A DNA stretch of 64,000 nt from Bacillota bacterium. GTDB taxonomy: Bacteria > Bacillota > DTU025. Positions 19,650 through 29,734 of the stretch are shown here, piece after piece (within the stretch, counting starts at the first letter, position 1; each line of letters starts with the position of its first letter). The translations under genes and the position numbers were made by a program. The DNA is taken from the NCBI GenBank assembly GCA_050951805.1, contig JBMNJT010000002.1, positions 1,492,905 to 1,556,904 of the forward strand, read 5' to 3'. A model generated the notes under the pieces. It made no database searches. It was not told where the DNA came from and was given only the letters and a program-made list of their open reading frames with translations.

Positions 19650-19751
19650 GCAATCACATAAAGTGGATCGTGCCAAAAGATGCATTGACAAGATGGCTCT
19701 ATGCAGGATTCATGTAAATGAGCCCATCACTTCCTTCCACAATGATTCCAT

Positions 19752-20654
19752 TCATACCAACTGCGCAAGACCCCTTATCCTCCTTCGTCTTATGCCGCGG
19801 CGGATTGCAGGCAACGCTTCAACAGCGGCTCGCCGCCCGGCTTCTATGCATTCGGGTATCCGGGCCACATCTGTCAGAGCAACGTTGTAAAGGCGAGGCT
19901 TCACAACAACATCTGCATAGTGGAACAACACATAATCTGACACCTCCTCACCGAGGATGTCGAGGGACTGTGTTATTATGGACGGGAGGTCTCCAACCTT
20001 CGAATCGGCCTGGCCTGTATATCCAAGATCCACGGCGATTACGTAATCACATCCTAGTTCCTTGAGAACCCTTGCCGGAACAGGCTCGCGAACCCCACCG
20101 TCGACCAGATACCTGCCGTCCCATTCCTTCCAAAAAAATACCCCCGGTATGCTGCAGGAGGCCCGAACAGCATCGGCTACGTGCCCATCTACATATACTG
20201 TTCCCTTGAAGCACTCGCTTCTTACTGCTTCCGACGTGAACACTATCTTTTCGCCACTGTGCAAATCGACCGATACAACAGCACACGGCATTTTCATGTC
20301 GGTCATCTTCATGTCGCCGAAATTTGCCTTCAAGAATGATTCGAGACGGGCGCCCCGGAGCATCCCCTTAGGAAGTCTGCTCTTTTGGCCGCAGAACAAA
20401 AGGGCAAGAGGCACAGCAAGGTAGAATAGCGTGGTCCCAGGGGAATCGATTATGTCTCTTGCCTGGACACCTAAAGCTATCTCCTCCATCTCTGCCACGC
20501 TCATGCCAGCCCCGCACATGGCAGCGATCAGGCTGCCAGAACTCGTTCCTGCAACCATGTGGGGACATATCCCTGCCCTCTCCAGTTCATCGATGACCCC
20601 GATGTGCGCCGCGCCCCTCAGTCCGCCCGAACCAAGCGCAAGACCGATTCTCAC
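19752..20654 (-). CDS. Patatin-like phospholipase (RssA/YlbK-like)
   Basis: GSGGLRG, GTSSG, DGG motifs. Confidence 0.92.
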   Translation of the reverse strand: MRIGLALGSGGLRGAAHIGVIDELERAGICPHMVAGTSSGSLIAAMCGAGMSVAEMEEIALGVQARDIIDSPGTTLFYLAVPLALLFCGQKSRLPKGMLRGARLESFLKANFGDMKMTDMKMPCAVVSVDLHSGEKIVFTSEAVRSECFKGTVYVDGHVADAVRASCSIPGVFFWKEWDGRYLVDGGVREPVPARVLKELGCDYVIAVDLGYTGQADSKVGDLPSIITQSLDILGEEVSDYVLFHYADVVVKPRLYNVALTDVARIPECIEAGRRAAVEALPAIRRGIRRRRIRGLAQLV

Positions 20655-21000
20655 TTGTCACCACTCCTTACAGACACGCATTGGCAATTACGGTAGCTCT
20701 ACATACTACGATATGCAACACGCCGTCTACGAGGAAATGGACGCCGGTTCCGGATTGAACCTCGGGGGTCGTCATCCCCAAGGCCAAAAGGGAAAGGCAG
20801 CTTGCAGATCCCGCCATGGTGGCTTCTGAAAGAGATGGGGCTTTCGGACCAATGGGTAGTCCCAATTTCCATAGAGCTTGCCGCACAGGCCGTCAAGTCA
20901 TCGTTATCATTGATTGGCTGCAAGGCTCTGCACACCCTATGGAAATTGAATGGCTCGTGTGCAAAACATGGAGGCGAAAAGAATGGAGTACATAAAAAAA

Positions 21001-21085
21001 TGGTGCCCGGGACGAGACTTGAACTCGTACGGTGTGAACCACACGCCCCTCAAACGTGCGCGTCTGCCAGTTCCGCCACCCGGGC
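21001..21085 (-). tRNA. tRNA-Leu(GAG)
   Basis: GCCCGGG acceptor stem, anticodon loop TT-GAG-GG, long variable arm, GTTCAA T-loop, encoded CCA. Confidence 0.97.
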
Positions 21086-21122
21086 ACTCAATCTATTCTG
21101 CTGTTTTCAATGTCCATCACAG

Positions 21123-21151
21123 ATTATACGATCACAAAGGCCTCATGTCAA
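21123..21151 (-). promoter_or_regulatory. Consensus SigA promoter for tRNA-Leu
   Basis: TTGACA-17 nt-TATAAT. Confidence 0.85.
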
Positions 21152-21388
21152 TAGCCGAACGCATGTAGCTGCCAGGCCGCAGCCTCCAAGCAAGTCATGA
21201 TCATTCTTACACACCATCTCTGAGCTAAAACCACGTCGGGCCGAGCCCCAGCTGCCCGAGAACACTCGATTGCCTTTCAGAAGCCGATTTAATTGACTAA
21301 CCCTTTAACACTTCTGTAATATCCCACTACTGATCCATCCAGACGAGGTAAAGCTCAGGCTGCAACTGAGCACACGCCCCTTCCCGGA

Positions 21389-22432
21389 CTACATCACCTG
21401 TACGAGCTTGGGATTGTCGATTGGTCCGGGTATTCTTCCGCGCTTGGCCACGGGTTTGCCTTCGACTTCCTTTATGTCCATGGTCATGTCGATTGGAGAC
21501 GCTCCTGAGATGTAGCTTCCTATTCCAAACGAGTCGGCGCCCGCCTCCACCAAAGCCGGAATGCGTTCAGGAGTGACACCGCCTGAGACAAATATCTTCA
21601 CGTGTTCGAAACCTGCCTGGTCCAACCTGGCCCTAATCTCGCGGACAAGATCGGGAGTCACACCGCCTCGCTCTCCGGGAGTGTCAAGCCTAACGCCCTC
21701 AAGCTTGTCGTGGAGGGCTTCAGCAACTCTGAGAGATTCCTCAGCCTCGTCCTTGAATGTGTCCACGAGGATTATCCTCGCATCGCCTTCAGGCATCTCC
21801 GCGTCATAAACCTTAGCCACTTCCACAGTATCGCCGGCAATGAGAAAGACAGCATGAGGTACTGTGCCTTTAGGCTCCTGTCCTGCAAGCTTTGCCCCTA
21901 GAATGCAAGAGGCGCCATCCGCTCCCCCGACAATGGCCGCCCGTTCCATAACTGGCGCCACTGCAGGGTGGACATGGCGAGCCCCAAAACAGATGAAAGG
22001 CTTGGCACCGACGGCAAGACGCAGTTCATGGGCTGCCGTAGCCCACGCGCAAGAGCTTGCCAAGATTCCCAGCAAGCAGGTCTCATAAACTCCGAATTCC
22101 GCGTATTTCCCGTGTATCCTCATGATTGTATCCTTGGGTTCGAAGCTTTCTCCCTCAGGGATCGCCCATACCTCGACATCTGCATTTTCCAGCAGTCCGA
22201 GGCATTCCGGCAGACCTGCCAGTATACCCCGCTTTCGCGGAAAGATTTCTGCAGTGACTCGCTTTTCCGAAAGGCCCATTGAATCCAATATCTGTCTGGT
22301 CTTTACAAAATAAAGATCCGTTGTGTATCCCTGAACGATCTCGTCATGAGTCGCTGAGAATAGGCGCCTGCCTGGATCTACAGCAAACTCCTTAATCTGC
22401 GCCAGATTTGACACCTTGCCTGCAGTGTGCAT
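21389..22432 (-). CDS. pncB: Nicotinate phosphoribosyltransferase
   Basis: TDLYF, FGARHVHP, GTVPH, LVDTF, VRLDTP, FVSGG; ATG 22432 preferred because TATAAT lies only 10 nt above ATG 22462. Confidence 0.88.
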   Translation of the reverse strand: MHTAGKVSNLAQIKEFAVDPGRRLFSATHDEIVQGYTTDLYFVKTRQILDSMGLSEKRVTAEIFPRKRGILAGLPECLGLLENADVEVWAIPEGESFEPKDTIMRIHGKYAEFGVYETCLLGILASSCAWATAAHELRLAVGAKPFICFGARHVHPAVAPVMERAAIVGGADGASCILGAKLAGQEPKGTVPHAVFLIAGDTVEVAKVYDAEMPEGDARIILVDTFKDEAEESLRVAEALHDKLEGVRLDTPGERGGVTPDLVREIRARLDQAGFEHVKIFVSGGVTPERIPALVEAGADSFGIGSYISGASPIDMTMDIKEVEGKPVAKRGRIPGPIDNPKLVQVM

Positions 22433-22503
22433 TGACGTAAGTACCCCCCGGATAACATCCATATTGCACTAATTATAGCATACCTTGAGCCTCAAACACA
22501 TTT

Positions 22504-23109
22504 CTAGTCAGCATTTATCTGTCCTACCTTCCCAGGCCATTGAGAGCGATAGGCTCTATGGTAGATTCTGTGCATGTTGAGCACACGCCGAACGTAGCGA
22601 GCCGTCTCAGGATAGGGAATATCCCCCAAGTCCTCGATCCGTCCCGACCAAGTTCCCTCAGAGAGCCAGCGCTCGACGTTTGAAGGACCTCCGTTGTAGG
22701 CTGCGAGGGCAAGCACCGTCTCATCACGGAAACATTTCAATAGATGCCTGTAGTACCAGGCGCCTATCATGATGTTCGTTTCCGGGTCAAAAAGGAGATC
22801 CTGCGAGTAATCGGCAAGCCCTAACTGCCTTGCAGCCCACTCCGCTGTTTCAGGCATAATCTGCATAAGGCCGCAGGCGCCCTTAGATGACCTCGCATCC
22901 CGCCGGTAACCGCTCTCCACCCTTATTATCGACGCAACAAGAAACGGATCAATCCCGTTTGCCGTAGCATAGACAGTTATGTATTCGACATAGTCCAACG
23001 GGTTGATCAGCTGCAACACGCGGGGAGACTGCGCGGCAAAGGAGATCAACATGCCAATGAGCGCCAAGACAACTAGTGCCCGCCCCAGTCTTCTTAGGCC
23101 ATCTATCAT
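22504..23109 (-). CDS. Lytic transglycosylase (SLT domain)
   Basis: IIRVES, SSKGACGLMQIMPET, ALAAYNGG, ETARYV; N-terminal TM; follows coaE. Confidence 0.92.
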   Translation of the reverse strand: MIDGLRRLGRALVVLALIGMLISFAAQSPRVLQLINPLDYVEYITVYATANGIDPFLVASIIRVESGYRRDARSSKGACGLMQIMPETAEWAARQLGLADYSQDLLFDPETNIMIGAWYYRHLLKCFRDETVLALAAYNGGPSNVERWLSEGTWSGRIEDLGDIPYPETARYVRRVLNMHRIYHRAYRSQWPGKVGQINAD

Positions 23110-23139
23110 AGAACCAACTCCGGTCTTAACCCATATGCC

Positions 23140-23763
23140 CTAACTGCTTCGAGCATTCCCAGCATCGCCCACCAGGATGTTCCACAACTCGTCCACCTGC
23201 CGGACCGTATCATCCAGCGGGCAATCGGTCCTTATCACACAATCCGCCCGTGCAACCATCTGCTCTACAGGTTGTTGGGCATTGACTCGGCAAAGCGCAT
23301 CTTCATAGGAGATCCCATCGCGGGCAGCGATCCTCTCAGCCTGCAGCTCGGGATTGGCCACTGTGACTACAATTGCGTCTACGAGCGAATCAAGGCCCGA
23401 TTCGATCAGCACTGCCGCATCAATCACCGCAACAGGCGGCGGAGAATGACTCTCTTCCAGTTGCTGCAGCCATTCCTGGGCTTTCAGGACCAGTTCAGGA
23501 TGGGTGATGCTGTTCAATAGCTTCAAGGCGCCGGGATCGGCAAATACTACGCGTCCCAGCTTTCGCCTGTTAAGCGTCCCGTCCGGCAGCAAAAACTCGT
23601 CGCCGAAGGCGTCCCTTATTCCGATCAGCGCCGTGCTGCCGGGTGCCACAATCTCGCGGGCCACAAGATCCATGTCGAGGCAGGCCGCGCCTCGCTCCGC
23701 CAGCATGGCGGCTATGGTAGTCTTCCCGGTCCCACTTTGCCCTGTAAGCCCAAGAACTATCAT
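23140..23763 (-). CDS. coaE: Dephospho-CoA kinase
   Basis: GLTGQSGTGKTT, LNRRKLG, ITHP. Confidence 0.95.
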   Translation of the reverse strand: MIVLGLTGQSGTGKTTIAAMLAERGAACLDMDLVAREIVAPGSTALIGIRDAFGDEFLLPDGTLNRRKLGRVVFADPGALKLLNSITHPELVLKAQEWLQQLEESHSPPPVAVIDAAVLIESGLDSLVDAIVVTVANPELQAERIAARDGISYEDALCRVNAQQPVEQMVARADCVIRTDCPLDDTVRQVDELWNILVGDAGNARSS

Positions 23764-23833
23764 ATCTCCAATCCTCCAACCTCGCCAGCCTTCGAAGATC
23801 TATTCATCGAACATCGTCCAGTTCCTCCACACA

Positions 23834-24475
23834 TCAAAAGACATTTCGTAGCGCGGCAATTCCCATCAGAAAAAGGACTGCCCCTGGCGCAATTCGAATC
23901 CACAGTCCTCCCCATCTTTCCGGCGTCTTACCGCCAACAGCGGTTCCCAGGCGAAAGCACAGACACGTGAGAACGCCCACGGCAAGCCCAACAAAGAACC
24001 AGTCGGCCCCGGCCAATCCCGCTCCAAGACCTGTCCCAAGGCTGTCGAGGGCCAGCGCAGCACCGAGCAAATATGCTTCTGCCGTCGAAATTGTGCCCGA
24101 CCGATCGATATCCGCAGCTTCAGGATCACGCATTATCTGAACTACAAGCCCCAACGGTTTCAGTCTAACCGAAACCGACCCCTCACAGAGAAGCGGCCTC
24201 TCGCGGACCCACCCGCCAATGCCTTCCAGGCCCAACCACACACCCACAGCCACCAGTATAGCACCGCCCACAATCGCCGCCACGCTCGCGTCAAATAGGG
24301 CCCCAACCACCCCTCCAAGCCACGTGGAAACCGCCACTGCAGTGGCGGACATCGCTCCCACCACGTATATGACACGCCACGGAGCGTGTATTCTCCGAAA
24401 GCCGTAGACGAGTCCCGCTCCAAAAGCATCAACGCTTATCGCGGCCGAAATCAACATTGCCTCGGCAAACTTCAT
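23834..24475 (-). CDS. ytaF: YtaF/MntP-family membrane protein
   Basis: AISVDAFGAG, DPEAADIDRSGTIS, ALALDSLG; upstream of coaE. Confidence 0.85.
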   Translation of the reverse strand: MKFAEAMLISAAISVDAFGAGLVYGFRRIHAPWRVIYVVGAMSATAVAVSTWLGGVVGALFDASVAAIVGGAILVAVGVWLGLEGIGGWVRERPLLCEGSVSVRLKPLGLVVQIMRDPEAADIDRSGTISTAEAYLLGAALALDSLGTGLGAGLAGADWFFVGLAVGVLTCLCFRLGTAVGGKTPERWGGLWIRIAPGAVLFLMGIAALRNVF

Positions 24476-24555
24476 CTCAAAAACCCACCGTCCTTAGGTC
24501 AAACACTGCCCGCCCCGTTTCTATGGGGCCAGAGTCAGTATACGGTGAGGAGATG

Positions 24556-24586
24556 AAAAAGGACCCCCGGGGATTCCGGAGGTCCC
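24556..24586 (-). terminator. Rho-independent terminator
   Basis: GGGACCTCCGGAATCCCCGGGGGTCC-TTTTT; near copy of the terminator at 27591. Confidence 0.75.
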
Positions 24587-24601
24587 AGAGTTGCCGCTAT
24601 A

Positions 24602-27406
24602 CTAGAATGGCACCCGAACGTTCATCGTGATCAGCTGCCAGTCCATGTAGTTCGCCGGGTAGTTTCTCAGATAGGCCCAGGGTTTTCCGGCATGGAACCC
24701 GGTTGTGTCAGCCTCTCTTCGGCCGTCCATTCCGTAGCTGAACGTTACCGTGCTCTGCCCAAGGGTCCCTGAGGCAGAAGCTTTGAACCAGTTCCTTCCT
24801 TCATCATCAAAAGGCCTCCACATGTTCGGATCTGCAGGAGGCATCAGTCCCTTGTCGCGGAAGGTGTAAGCGAGAGAAGTGCGTATCTTCTCAGAGACCT
24901 TCCAATTGAGATCGAGGCCCAGGGCGAGTCCGCCCTTCTCGTCTCTGGTGAGCAATCCGAACTTGGCGTAGACCGCATCGGTAATGTCGATCATTGAACC
25001 GGCAAACCCATACATCTCAGATGAAGGGTCACCATCGGATTCCTTCGCGTATGAAGACACCCCTGCCAGTTCAGACCTGGCGCTGTTCACGAAGGCCGGA
25101 GCAATCTCTGTACAATAGAGCCCGTACCCGAGCAACTCCGTCTTCGGCTCCTCCACAGTGAACTTTGCTTCAGTTTCCAAGAAGAGTCCATCGACGGGAG
25201 TCCCCTTGACGTTCAAGCCGACGATAGTATCAACCCTCTTGCCTTCATGCACAGCGTTATCCGCATAGTATCCCGTCTTGTAGTCAACGAAAGGCTTGAA
25301 GTCGACACCAAAGTTGCCGTAAACCACATCGGCATGGGCATTGTATCCAGTGTAATCGACGTCACCATCACATAGGTCGGATCTGTAAGCACCCGAAACA
25401 GTCAATTTCAGGTCCTCGATAGGATCCACGATAACCTTGGCAGTGGTTTCGTTCCACACCGGGTCATGGTCAGCCTGGTTCATCCAGAGAGTGTTTCCCA
25501 TGACCAGATCTGTTTGCACAACCGCGGGAAGTTCTATCTCGGCTCGCACTTCCGCAGCTGCAGAGTCTTTGTAGGCGTTGAGAAGAGCTGTATCGTTGCT
25601 GCTGGCATATGCCGATTTGAAGCCCTCGCCAACCTCAGTATACTTGGCGGAAAAGCTTGCGGGTCCGGCCTTCATGTTGCCGAGTTCCACAAGGTATGCC
25701 CAGTTGTTCTCCTCTCCTTCGAACCACTTTGCCCCATCCTTTTCCCAATAGCCGGCACCGGCAAGCGTCAGGTCAGCCCCAAGCCCCGGAACCTTTCCGG
25801 CGAGGTCGACACCGAAAGTCAGGTCGGCCGGAACTTCCTCGCCCCGTCCATCGGTATAGGCTCCGACGATACCAAACTCGAAATTTTGAGGCAGACCATA
25901 TGTGACTCTGCCTAAAAATGCGTTGCCGCCTGAAAGCCCTGCAGCGTACAGGTTCGCCTTCGCGCCGGCCACCTCTCCCCTAGCATTCAAGACAATCCCG
26001 CTTCCGAGGGATTCGGCAATGCCAAGGGGGTCACCCAAGGACGCAAACCTTTTCACGTTATTCCGGTCATTGTTACTCACCCAAAAAGCAAACGGACTTG
26101 CAGGATACGCAAAATACCAGTTGCCGATGCCAACCTTCGGGGAATTCTCATTCATGGTGATCATCAGAGGCAAGTAGGCAACTGTGGAGGATCCCTGATT
26201 GAAAGTGACGTTCAATGTCAAACGCGCGTAGTTTTCCTGCGCCGGACGGCTCTCGAACGGGGGGATTATGTAGAATTTCTCCTTGAGCGGAATCTTCACA
26301 TGCGATTCGTTTTCGTGAAACCAAGAAAAATAGAGAATGTACTCTCCATCAGGATCAAGTTTGCTCATCTGCTCACTCAGCACATAACTTATGCGGTTCC
26401 AGCCGGGCACAACCTCGGCGGCCGTGAACGTTCCGTCCACCCACTCCCAACCATCGGTGACGTCCGCCATGCCGAGGAAGAATCCGTTCGGTACCAGCTC
26501 GTTTCCTTCCGGCATATAGAGGTCTATAACGAGCTTGTCCTTCCCGATCCACTCCGCAAGTGCATCTCCCGCAAGACCCAGGGCAAGCTTGGTCTCAGGC
26601 GCACTTCCGCTGGGAATGATCGCCACAGCACATTTGCCGTCAAGGGTCACATCAGGCGCCAATTCGAAAACGGCCCCTGTACCGTCATTTTCATACCCCA
26701 CAAGCTCACGCTCGTACTCAACTGTCCACGCGGCCGCAAACTCGCCGTCAACGGCCACAGGGGGCAATGACAGCGATTCGAAGGTGCCAAGCCCGACTGC
26801 ATCCACGTAGAACGTCTCTGCCAGTGGAACCTTCTGCTTGTCCATATCTGTCCTGAAGAACGAGAAATACAGCTTATACTTTCCGTTCTCCTTGACGTTC
26901 TTCATACCATCAGAGAGCACGTAGATTATCTCGTTCCATCCTGGCGAAACATCTGCCTCAGCAAAAACTCCATCGACCCACTCCCACCCCTTAGAAAGGT
27001 CTGCCATGCCTAGGAAAAAGGAGTTTGGAACGACTTTCATCGTAGCCGGTATGTAAACTTGAACGCTGACTACATCATGCTTGTTCCAGTCGACTAGATC
27101 TTTCCCAGAAAGCTCGACCCCGATCTTCGTCTCAGGAGCACTTCCGCTAGGGGTTATCGCCAGAGCTCCCTTTCCATCGCTTGCAACCTCGTGCGTCAGC
27201 GCCAGCTTCGCACCGGTGTTATCGTTGTCGAACTTCGCGACCTCTTCGGCAGTCTCCATGCTAAACAGAGAAACTCGCCCATTGTCAGCTCCCAAAGCTA
27301 TGGCGTTCAACGAAAACACAACCACAACTGCGAAGGTCAACACGCAAAAGGATAAGTCTTTCCCAGTTTTCCTTACCTTCTCCATTTCGGACGCCTCCCT
27401 TTTCAT
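24602..27406 (-). CDS. Secreted protein: two CBM-like repeats fused to a predicted outer-membrane beta-barrel
   Basis: Signal peptide; two ~160-aa repeats (PSGSAPETK, FFLGMAD..GWEWVDG, PGWN); C-terminal ~540 aa paralogous to 27641..29410; ends MNVRVPF. Confidence 0.7.
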   Translation of the reverse strand: MKREASEMEKVRKTGKDLSFCVLTFAVVVVFSLNAIALGADNGRVSLFSMETAEEVAKFDNDNTGAKLALTHEVASDGKGALAITPSGSAPETKIGVELSGKDLVDWNKHDVVSVQVYIPATMKVVPNSFFLGMADLSKGWEWVDGVFAEADVSPGWNEIIYVLSDGMKNVKENGKYKLYFSFFRTDMDKQKVPLAETFYVDAVGLGTFESLSLPPVAVDGEFAAAWTVEYERELVGYENDGTGAVFELAPDVTLDGKCAVAIIPSGSAPETKLALGLAGDALAEWIGKDKLVIDLYMPEGNELVPNGFFLGMADVTDGWEWVDGTFTAAEVVPGWNRISYVLSEQMSKLDPDGEYILYFSWFHENESHVKIPLKEKFYIIPPFESRPAQENYARLTLNVTFNQGSSTVAYLPLMITMNENSPKVGIGNWYFAYPASPFAFWVSNNDRNNVKRFASLGDPLGIAESLGSGIVLNARGEVAGAKANLYAAGLSGGNAFLGRVTYGLPQNFEFGIVGAYTDGRGEEVPADLTFGVDLAGKVPGLGADLTLAGAGYWEKDGAKWFEGEENNWAYLVELGNMKAGPASFSAKYTEVGEGFKSAYASSNDTALLNAYKDSAAAEVRAEIELPAVVQTDLVMGNTLWMNQADHDPVWNETTAKVIVDPIEDLKLTVSGAYRSDLCDGDVDYTGYNAHADVVYGNFGVDFKPFVDYKTGYYADNAVHEGKRVDTIVGLNVKGTPVDGLFLETEAKFTVEEPKTELLGYGLYCTEIAPAFVNSARSELAGVSSYAKESDGDPSSEMYGFAGSMIDITDAVYAKFGLLTRDEKGGLALGLDLNWKVSEKIRTSLAYTFRDKGLMPPADPNMWRPFDDEGRNWFKASASGTLGQSTVTFSYGMDGRREADTTGFHAGKPWAYLRNYPANYMDWQLITMNVRVPF

Positions 27407-27447
27407 ATGACGGTTTTACACTGCCACATATGCCCTGCAGACGCGGC

Positions 27448-27556
27448 CTTAATCGGTTAAGCTGGAGGCGGAAAATGAGGCAGGCCTGAGAGCCCACCGC
27501 CATGACGCAACTTAACCGATTAAGTATAACTTAGCACGTATTCCACGGAATGTCAA
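27448..27556 (-). promoter_or_regulatory. SigA promoter with two LacI-type operators
   Basis: TTGACA(27551-27556)-17-TAAGTT(27528-27533); CTTAATCGGTTAAG at 27448-27461 and its reverse complement at 27511-27524. Confidence 0.75.
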
Positions 27557-27590
27557 TAGCCACCCTCGCAAGCCGCATTGCCGGGCATAC

Positions 27591-27623
27591 AAAAAGGACC
27601 CCCGGATGATTCCAGGGGCCCTT
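27591..27623 (-). terminator. Rho-independent terminator
   Basis: AAGGGCCCCTGGAATCATCCGGGGGTCC-TTTTT. Confidence 0.75.
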
Positions 27624-27640
27624 GTGGTAGCTAGTTAGCC

Positions 27641-29410
27641 TTAGAACGGCACGTTCACCGAGAGGGTGAGTAGCTGCCAGTTCATGGCCGCGCCAGGATG
27701 GTTCCTCAGGTATGCCCAAGGCTTACCCGCGTGGAACCCGCTGGTATCAGCCCTCTTCAGGCCGTCAACGCCGTAGGCGATGCTGATCGTGCTCTCGCCC
27801 ACTGTACCGGTGACGCTGGCCTTCAGATAGTTCCTGCCACCATCATCAAACGGCGCCCAGGCACCCTCGCCGCGAGCGACGCCTTCCTGACGGAAGGTAT
27901 AGGTCAAGCCAGTGCTTATGCTATCGCTGGCGTTGTATGTCAGTGCTGCGCTAGCAACCGCTTTGCCCTTGGTATCCTTGCTCAGCACGCCGAGCGTGGC
28001 ATCAAAGGCATCGGTGATCTTGAGAGTGGTTCCGGCATAGCCGTAGAAATCGGTCGTCGCCTCTTGCACGGCTTCCTTCTTATACTCTGCCACAGCTGCA
28101 ACCTGCGAGTTCGCTGTCTTGACGAAGCCAGGGTTGAGGTCAGTGGTGTAGATGCCGTATCCGAACAGGTCGGTTACAGGCTTCTCAATCATGTAGCTTG
28201 CATTCGCCCCAACCTTGAGTCCCTCAACGGGCTTGCCATCGATATCAATGCCCACCACGGTAACCTTGTCGACTTCGTAATCGCTTGCCATTCCATACGA
28301 GTTCGCCAGGTAATCGACGTAAGGGTTGAGTTTGACATTCATCACGTCATAGGAGACATCGGCATGGACTTTGTATCCGTCGTAGGCGGTGTCCACGTCG
28401 TCGTCGAGGTCGGCCTTGTATGCACCGGAAACGGTAGCAGCCATGTCCGCGAGCGGCTCCACAACCACTTTGGCAGTGGTTTCGTTCCACTTCGGATCTG
28501 CGCTGTAACTCATCCATAGCGTGTCGCCGAGGGTGAGCTTCACAGGGATACCCACCGGAATGCCGACGGTAACTCCGGCTTCAGCGGCAGCGGCGCCCTT
28601 GTAGTCGTTCAGGAGCTTTCCGGCCTTCATATCGGCGTAGCGCGATGTGAAGCCTCCGCCAACCGCGGTGTACTGCATCCAAGCATCCTCGAGCTGGCCA
28701 ATGGCTATGTCGCTGAGCTTGATCTGGTATGCATAGTTGTCCTCAGGACCCTCGAACTCCCAAGCGCCTTCCTTGGCCCAGTAACCAGCGCCAGCAATGC
28801 TAAGAGTGGCGTCGATTCCTGGGATCTTTCCGGCTACGTCAGCGCCAAAGGTCAGATCGTTCTTGTCCTCATCGACAACGGTATACGCGCCAACCAGGCC
28901 GAGCTTGAACTCTGCCGGGAGGCCATAGGTGACTCTGCCCATATAGGCCTCATTCCCGTCCGTAAGGCCAGCGGCGTACAGATTGACATCTGCGCCGAGC
29001 GCCTTGCCCTTGGCATTAAGAACAACACCGCCGCCAAGCTTCGCGCCGATTCCCAGCGGATCGCCGAGAGCTGCGAACTTCTTATCATTGTTCGAGTTGT
29101 TGTTGCTTACCCAGAACGAGAACGGAGTGGCACCATATGAGAAATACCAATTGCCCAAAGCCACTTCCGGGCTTCCCACAAACGGCTCTATGGTCAGCGG
29201 AAGGTATGCTACTATCGACTCGCCCTCTGTGAAGGTGAGCTTGAGATCGAGGCTGCTGGCATCGCCCAAATTCGTGGGATCCCATATTCCGGCATCGTAG
29301 GTCCAGCCAGCGTTATATTCTCCGCCCAGCGTCAGCTTTGATGCGGAGGCCGGGATCGCCATTGCCGCCACTAAAAGTGCGGCAACGATGATTGTAAGAT
29401 TCTTCTTCAA
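27641..29410 (-). CDS. Predicted major outer-membrane beta-barrel/porin-like protein
   Basis: Sec signal peptide (MKKNLTII...ASA), alternating beta-strand pattern rich in G/A/Y/D/T, C-terminal LTLSVNVPF, long structured leader. Confidence 0.65.
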   Translation of the reverse strand: MKKNLTIIVAALLVAAMAIPASASKLTLGGEYNAGWTYDAGIWDPTNLGDASSLDLKLTFTEGESIVAYLPLTIEPFVGSPEVALGNWYFSYGATPFSFWVSNNNSNNDKKFAALGDPLGIGAKLGGGVVLNAKGKALGADVNLYAAGLTDGNEAYMGRVTYGLPAEFKLGLVGAYTVVDEDKNDLTFGADVAGKIPGIDATLSIAGAGYWAKEGAWEFEGPEDNYAYQIKLSDIAIGQLEDAWMQYTAVGGGFTSRYADMKAGKLLNDYKGAAAAEAGVTVGIPVGIPVKLTLGDTLWMSYSADPKWNETTAKVVVEPLADMAATVSGAYKADLDDDVDTAYDGYKVHADVSYDVMNVKLNPYVDYLANSYGMASDYEVDKVTVVGIDIDGKPVEGLKVGANASYMIEKPVTDLFGYGIYTTDLNPGFVKTANSQVAAVAEYKKEAVQEATTDFYGYAGTTLKITDAFDATLGVLSKDTKGKAVASAALTYNASDSISTGLTYTFRQEGVARGEGAWAPFDDGGRNYLKASVTGTVGESTISIAYGVDGLKRADTSGFHAGKPWAYLRNHPGAAMNWQLLTLSVNVPF

Positions 29411-29709
29411 TTAAGCGTCCCCCTTACGGTTTTTTGTTCCACGCCTCGTCGCGGGCTTCGTGGGGGGGATCTTGGGAGTATCCATGTTTCCTCTCAATTC
29501 CCTTCCATCCAGCATTGCTTCTCGGCGTGTTGCGGCTCTGTCGCGCTTTGCGCGGTCTGGCCGCTATAGACTCGATCCTTCAAGCAACCGGGGGTGCACC
29601 TCCTTTCCGGCTTTAAGGACCGAAAACTGTTATCCAAACCGCCACGGTTCAGAAAATAGAACCAATGGGACTCCGAGCCTAACTTGGCGTTTGGCTCGTC
29701 GACTGCTTA

Positions 29710-29734
29710 ATTCTACACTCATTCCATAAATCCT
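29710..29734 (-). promoter_or_regulatory. SigH-type promoter of the barrel gene
   Basis: gaAGGA-N17-GAATt. Confidence 0.65.
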
